Shown: piece after piece, positions 62,134-64,000 of the stretch
How positions within the stretch are numbered: the first letter of the stretch is position 1
Layout of the letters: each line of letters begins with the position of its first letter
Source of the DNA: Nemertoderma westbladi
Taxonomy: Eukaryota > Animalia > Xenacoelomorpha
DNA length: 64,000 nucleotides
Direction: 5' to 3'
Assembly (NCBI GenBank): GCA_032718475.1
Contig: JAUCBJ010003020.1
Location: 1-64,000, forward strand
Notes under the pieces: generated by a model
Databases searched by the model: none
Seen by the model: only the letters and a program-made list of their open reading frames with translations
Told to the model about the DNA's origin: nothing
Made by a program: the position numbers and the translations under genes

Positions 62134-63444
62134 ATGGAAACTGAAAGTAAATCGAGTAAGTCATCATATACATTTGACGTAGTACAGTTCAAGAACGACG
62201 ACAACAAAGAGTCAACAATAAAAAATATTTCTCACAAAATTACCGATGATGACGGTAAAATAATCACCGCGGATGAAAATGGTCAAGTACATATTACAAT
62301 AGCGAAAGAAAACGGCAAAGATGCTTTACAATATAAAAAGCGATACATGAGAATGTTCTGTCTGCTGATATTTTTTAACGTCATGTGTCTAGCACTGATA
62401 GCGGGATTGTCATGGTTTATAATTAAAGATAGTCAAGGCAACCAGGGTAAACAAGAAGTGCTTGATGGTACAGAATCTTCTTCACCTCTGCAGTCGCGTA
62501 ATGAAATACTTTCACTTTCAAAAAATATATCCGCCCTTAATGAAATTGTTCGCGAAAATTCTGATCGTTTCGATAATTTGCTAAATAACTATCGACTTGA
62601 AAATAAAGAAGAATTTCGAGGATTTGACAACAACATCGACCGACTGGAAAACGAAATCGACCGATTAAACATCAGCCGTATGATGAACTATGAGGTCATC
62701 GACGAACAATACGAATTCTTATCTTCCGAGGTCGTGCTGATGCGATCCGTGTTGGCCGACTTCGGGAAGTCGGTGACGGAATACGAGAGATGTTCCGACC
62801 TCCCGTCAGTCCTGCCGGGGATCTTTTACCCCGTTTCCCCGAACGGCCTCCCTACGGACAGACAGTGGGAGGACACATTGTCGGACGCGTCCGACACACC
62901 GCTGCGACTGCGCTGCGACACTACGACCCTCGGGGGTCCGTGGACCGTGATACAACGACGGGTAGACGCCACTACGAACTTCGACCGCGACTGGGAGGAT
63001 TACGCAGCCGGTTTCGGCTCGTTGGAATCCAACTTCTGGTTGGGGTTGAGAAACATCCGACGGATAGTTACCATGGGAAGAACATCGATTCTACGGGTGG
63101 AACTCTTGAAGGACGGAGAGTCCGGCTACGCCGAGTACAGAGGATTCAATGTATCTACGGAATCGGACGGATTCCGGCTGAGTTTGGGGGAGTTTACCGG
63201 GAACGCCGGTGACTCATTGTCCGACATCCACAGCGGAATGCGTTTCTCCACGCGGGATCGGGACAGCGATCTGTACAGTAGGAACTGCGCCGAGGTCCAT
63301 CGGGCCGGGTGGTGGTTCGCCCAATGCGCCGATGCGAACCTGAATGGAGTCTATGGGGATACGGAGTGCAGGGGTCCTTGTTGGATGACCTTCAGTGGTT
63401 CAGAGCCCCTCGACAAGGTTGAAATTAAAGTAAAATTATTGTAA
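62134..63444 (+). CDS. Type II membrane fibrinogen-related domain protein (FIBCD1-like), intronless CDS
   Basis: 436 aa: cytoplasmic N-terminus, TM helix MFCLLIFFNVMCLALIAGLSWFII, coiled-coil-like stalk, and FReD motifs GGPWTVIQRRVD, NFDRDWEDYAAGFG, FWLGL, GMRFSTRDRDSD, GWWFAQCADANLNG. Confidence 0.93.
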   Translation: METESKSSKSSYTFDVVQFKNDDNKESTIKNISHKITDDDGKIITADENGQVHITIAKENGKDALQYKKRYMRMFCLLIFFNVMCLALIAGLSWFIIKDSQGNQGKQEVLDGTESSSPLQSRNEILSLSKNISALNEIVRENSDRFDNLLNNYRLENKEEFRGFDNNIDRLENEIDRLNISRMMNYEVIDEQYEFLSSEVVLMRSVLADFGKSVTEYERCSDLPSVLPGIFYPVSPNGLPTDRQWEDTLSDASDTPLRLRCDTTTLGGPWTVIQRRVDATTNFDRDWEDYAAGFGSLESNFWLGLRNIRRIVTMGRTSILRVELLKDGESGYAEYRGFNVSTESDGFRLSLGEFTGNAGDSLSDIHSGMRFSTRDRDSDLYSRNCAEVHRAGWWFAQCADANLNGVYGDTECRGPCWMTFSGSEPLDKVEIKVKLL

Positions 63445-64000
63445 ATTCATTATATTGATGAATTAAAACATTATTGCTTGAACGGGCAATTATTATTGCA
63501 GAATGGTTCCATTGAACAGAATCTTTTAGACGAACCATATGTCTAAACAACTGTAGCTACCATAGATTTTATACAATTGTGCATAAAACCTGCCCATAGA
63601 TTGGGTAATTAATCGCATTTTTTTGCTGTATTTTCATACTGTACAACAATTTAGTAGTACCTATTATATAGAGACATAGTGGTTATACTATATGTATACA
63701 GTCGTAGAAAAATTTAATGTAAAGAAATATATATAATTATACACGATTGTTCCCTATATTTCAAAAAAGTCATTTAGAATCTCATCTCAATATCACCTAT
63801 GTTGACCCCGTTATGCATCAGTGTCAATGAATGTATAAGCCATGACTTATTGAGGCCTTGAAGATGATTTTCAACTTGATAAAAATGTAAATATGTTTTT
63901 GAGTGAGTACAGTAGATGCCATATTAAGATTAGTGGCCACACCCATTCTTGCTCTATACCTAATACTATTTCTGAACTGAACACTTACATTTACTGCAAA

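Overview
Animal (metazoan) genomic DNA with few but long, repeat-filled introns. I reconstructed four conserved genes from splice sites and reading phase. (1) A 4-exon KAT7/HBO1-type MYST acetyltransferase (+, 1072-21099, 673 aa) that also carries a KAT6-style double PHD finger. (2) An intronless CDK10 (-) nested antisense in KAT7 intron 3, 129 bp downstream of a small single-TM ORF. (3) A 2-exon RalGAP alpha subunit (-, 56177-43609, 1969 aa). (4) An intronless type II membrane fibrinogen-domain (FIBCD1-like) gene (+, 62134-63444). The rest is non-autonomous DNA transposons (hAT, Mutator-like, Tc1/mariner-like, foldback), LINE fragments (RTE, L2/CR1, CRE-like) and at least nine minisatellites. 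The most striking feature is a 49-bp array built from the KAT7 exon 2 end plus its splice donor, which places about 25 TTCAG|GTAAG junction copies at the start of intron 2. All calls come from reading the sequence by eye; no database search was run, and repeat boundaries are approximate unless a TSD or TIR is quoted.
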